From NCBI GenBank assembly GCA_029953675.1, contig JAMWBK010000006.1, forward strand, positions 806,001-870,000: a stretch of DNA of 64,000 bases, read 5' to 3'. Position 1 is the stretch's first letter; each line of letters starts with the position of its first letter. The position numbers and the translations under genes were made by a program. Shown piece by piece: positions 60,590 through 64,000 of the stretch. The stretch comes from Rhodosorus marinus CCMP1338. Its lineage: Eukaryota > Plantae > Rhodophyta. Under the pieces are notes generated by a model that was given only the letters and a program-made list of their open reading frames with translations, was not told where the DNA came from and did not search any database.

Positions 60590-63256
60590 ATGGATCTGAA
60601 TGGCAGGAAAGAGGAGGAGGAGGATACCTTCTATGTAGAGGATCAGGACGTCGATGGTGCGAATTCTAGTACGGATGATCCTCCACTCTTGGAGGAAGCG
60701 ATGGGGTTTCATCAATCGTTTACAGCGGCAGCCTCGAAGCCCCTGCTGAAGATTGAGACACTACACGCGAGCCAGTTGACTCGGGTGACTTGGTTCTATG
60801 CCGCCACTCTTGCGTGCACGATCATCATAAACACTGTCTTTCTTAGCTTAGTGAATACCGTATGGCTCGAGGAAGTTACGTTCGGGGCATTCACGTACGC
60901 GTTTGCGGAGCCGGACCTGTGGTGGCTGATAATCGAAGTTTGCATAGGAGTCTTCTTCAGTGCAGGGGTTCTGATTTCCGCGATCATCTACTTCATAGCG
61001 GTCTTGAGGACAAGCCGCGAAGAGAGAACCCGGGAAATGCTGTTCGTGCTAGTTCTCGGCATAACCCTTATCCTCGTCTATTTGCCTTTTGTGGAAGCGC
61101 AACTACTTACTGAAGACATACAAGATCCCGGCGCGCTTTCTACGATGATGATGCTCTCCGCAATCGTCAACGGTGCCTTTGGCATCACTGGGTTGTTCTT
61201 CTACTGCTGGTCCACCACCATATCATTTCGAACGCCGCGCGACAAGAGCTTTACCTGGACGTACTACTTCAAGATGAGCGTTCTGTGTTTTCTTTTCTTG
61301 ATGAGGGTTCTTTCTACAGTGATGTTAAGAATTGACTTCACTTGGGTACCGTTCGCATCTTTGGGAGCCGCTCTGTCGGCTATTCATGAGGTGACCCAAG
61401 ATCCGGCTCCTGGAACAACAACGATCGTTGCTGCAAACATGGGCCTTGAGTTGATCATTGTCCTTTGTATTGTCCTTGAAATCCGGTGGACGCAGAGAGT
61501 TATTGGTCACCTGGACTACCTAGAGCATCGCTCTCTCCAGATCGGGTACCGGTACGGCACCACCGCATCCCCTTGCTCTACACCCTGAATCCGGTCTCTG
61601 ATCCTGGGTTTGCTCTCCTTGAATGTTCTTTTGTTTATCTGGGATTTTAGGCAATTCCGCTATTACTTGGGAGTCACGTTCACCACTTCTCTCCTGTTGG
61701 GGCTCCTAAGCGTTCTTTTAGGAAGTGAAGATAGCATTGCGTTCATCGCCAAGTATTCCGGGCAGCTGCATCTTCAACCTACGGCGGGACGCATGGCGTA
61801 CTTGACGCTCATTCCAGCTTTTGCGATGCAGCAAATGTACTATATGCTGCCAGCGAGTGCACCCGGCATTCGGGACATCCTATTCTGCAAGTGGGAAAGA
61901 AAGAAAACTGACGTATGAAGATTCTTCGAAGCCACTTTTTTCGAGGATGTTCGCCCAACTCAATCGAGGTCCGCCCTTCTGTACATTGTCACGATTTACC
62001 CTATCAGGTCACGGAGAGCTTGTTCAAGTATCGAATGTTTGAGAGACGCGGAGACCCCACTTTCAAAGCAACAAGTTTTGTTATGGAGACGTGCGTGACG
62101 ATGTTCAATTTGTCTTGGGTTCCCTATTCCTACGGAAAGGCCGTCAAGAGACAAGCTACTCCTGCGGTAGGTGCAGCTGGTCCTTTATTTGGCGTTGGAC
62201 TGTGCTGTCTTGTTCCGGGTGCCATTGCGTCCAAGTCGGACCTGCACTCTTCATATTGCTCAAGCTGCGTAGCTTTTTCTCCAACGAATTCATTGCAGTA
62301 CAAAGTGAGTATCCGCTCATCACCTGGACACTGAGAAAGGTTCTTCTTTTCGCCCTATTTCGTTTTCGCATTTGTAGGACTTTGGGAACACAAAGTATGA
62401 GATTACTCTGTACGCTAGCAACGCTCCCACGGATACTCATGGTTTGGTGTACTCGGCGGACGATCGAATAGTAGTAGCTTTCAAAGGGACCCAGTCCGGT
62501 GCGAATGTAAGAACCGATCTTCAAGCCGCGATGTACCCTCTCAACAGATTCGTTGAGGGCTTCGTGATAGAAGATCAAGTGCACCATTTGCGCAAGGGCT
62601 GGGTGAGGAAAAAGATGCAGCCGATGATTCATAAAGGGTTCGGGTTTGCGTACACGACTGTTCGGCAACTAATATGGAATGAAGTGCATCGCCTATACGA
62701 AGAAAACCCACGCCCTCTCTTCTTCACCGGGCACTCGTTGGGCGGAGCGCTGGCGACGTTGTGCGCAATGGACTGCTCGAAGACGATCTCTCCTGTTGAT
62801 GGCTGCTACGCGTTTACGTACGGGAGTCCCAGGGTTGGAAACAAACAGTTTGTGGAGGAGTACAACAGGGAAGTTCCATGTACGTGGAGACTGGTTCACG
62901 CTGAGGACCCAGTCACGAAGCTCCCGCCTGCACTGTTTTTCCGTCACGTTGGACAATCCGCCTTGATAACACGAACGGGTAATTTGTTCATAGACCCAAC
63001 TCTTTTTGAGATGGGATGGATGCACTCGAAGATTGGTATCCGCTGCAAGATGAAGATCCACAAGAAAACTGGCTACGCGGTCGCAATTTCCGCTTTCATT
63101 GAGAAGCAGCACCAAACATTGATGGGAGATCGGGGGAGAATCTGGAGAATTCCCAAGAAAGGCATCCAACATGGGGATGAGTCAAGCGCCGAGGCATCAA
63201 ACACTGGAAGCCATACTGTCAACTCGAACGTCCGGACCATAGACGAGATACTGTGA
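60590..63256 (+). CDS. Multi-pass membrane protein with a C-terminal class-3 lipase domain, multi-exon
   Basis: Many hydrophobic helices in 60590-61900, then IVVAFKGT, IHKGF, FFTGHSLGGALATLCA, YGSPRVGN, HAEDPVTKLP and a candidate catalytic His in KIHKKTGY. Confidence 0.9.
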
Positions 63257-63660
63257 AGCGAACAAAAATTGAATCGTGCTAATCTCTATTTACTGCCGCA
63301 CATCTAGAATGAAAGAACGACTCTTTCTCAACCCAAAAATTTTCTCGGAATCGTACACCAAGTCCTGGTTCGCAAGTCGTCAGAAACGCTCCACGGGGCC
63401 GAAGCGCTCTCGTCGCGGCTTCCTGATTTGCTGGACTCAGCACCATCTCATGAAACCTCAAGAAGCAACCTTAAGATCACCTAGCCTCAATCGACCATTA
63501 CCATCCAGACCATTCCAATAGCCAAGCGACGCTATTCCTTCAAATTCCACACTGCGGTTTCGTGCAGAAAAAGTGTTGGCGGACATGCTCCGTTTCACCT
63601 CTGGTTTCGTTGCGTTTCAAGCGTAGCTCGCCTGTTGGCATCCTCCATTCGTTGTAGATT

Positions 63661-64000
63661 TTAAAGAAACGCGCGACCTTCATATTTCCTCAAGAACTTC
63701 CTGTGAAAGTCAGAAAAAGATTTGATAATACCCTCGAAATCCTCTTCAGGCGGCAGGATTGTCGTCCGAAGGTGATATGTCCCGTCCGCTTGTCCAAACC
63801 CAGAGCCCGGTACGGTGCAAATTCCAGTCTCGTCAAGGAGCTCCAAGCAGTACAATACATCCGCAGCGTATCCCTTCTCAGCAGCGGCAGCCACAGCTTT
63901 GGGTGGGATTCTGATCTGCGGGTAGCAGTACAGGGCTCCTTCCACAGGGTTGCTGGTAACGCCCTCAAGTTTGTTGAAAGCACTCGATATCATTTCAGCT
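63661..64000 (-). CDS. Alanine (glutamate:glyoxylate) aminotransferase, 3' end only
   Basis: FNKLEGVTSNPVEGALYCYPQIRIPPKAV..YCLELLDETGICTVPGSGFGQADGTYHLRTTILPPE..FHRKFLRKY. Confidence 0.93.
   Translation of the reverse strand, partial: AEMISSAFNKLEGVTSNPVEGALYCYPQIRIPPKAVAAAAEKGYAADVLYCLELLDETGICTVPGSGFGQADGTYHLRTTILPPEEDFEGIIKSFSDFHRKFLRKYEGRAFL

Overview
This is a gene-dense eukaryotic nuclear window with short GT-AG introns, mostly about 45-135 bp. It is most likely from a red alga. That is an inference from a starch branching enzyme with no transit peptide alongside proteins with MxAF/MxGF-type plastid-like leaders. Recognisable genes, left to right: citrate synthase (partial, -), a PPR protein (-), HGH1 (-), condensin CAP-D2 (+), a Tup1-like WD40 corepressor (-), a decayed Ty3/gypsy retroelement, UBC13 (+), a Pro/Lys-rich orphan (+), a PrxQ/BCP-fold protein lacking its catalytic residues (+), an AIFM2/FSP1-like oxidoreductase (+), a NudC-type Nudix hydrolase (+), ThiE (+), starch branching enzyme (-), GCN5 (-), a small UBL protein (+), a large multi-exon ZC3HC1/NIPA-like gene (+), a multi-TM class-3 lipase (+) and alanine aminotransferase (partial, -). 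The most notable candidate is the ZC3HC1/NIPA-like gene, which splices in frame to FG-like motifs, a RanBD/PH-like domain, an (EAPAV)12 repeat and a PAM2 motif. Other notable items are a 624-bp foldback element, a fold-back duplication of retroelement RNase H sequence, and a palindrome shared by two promoter cores. Several intergenic and 5' regions are homopolymer-rich and look error-prone, so gene models there are unreliable. All protein assignments come from motif recognition by eye; no database searches were run.
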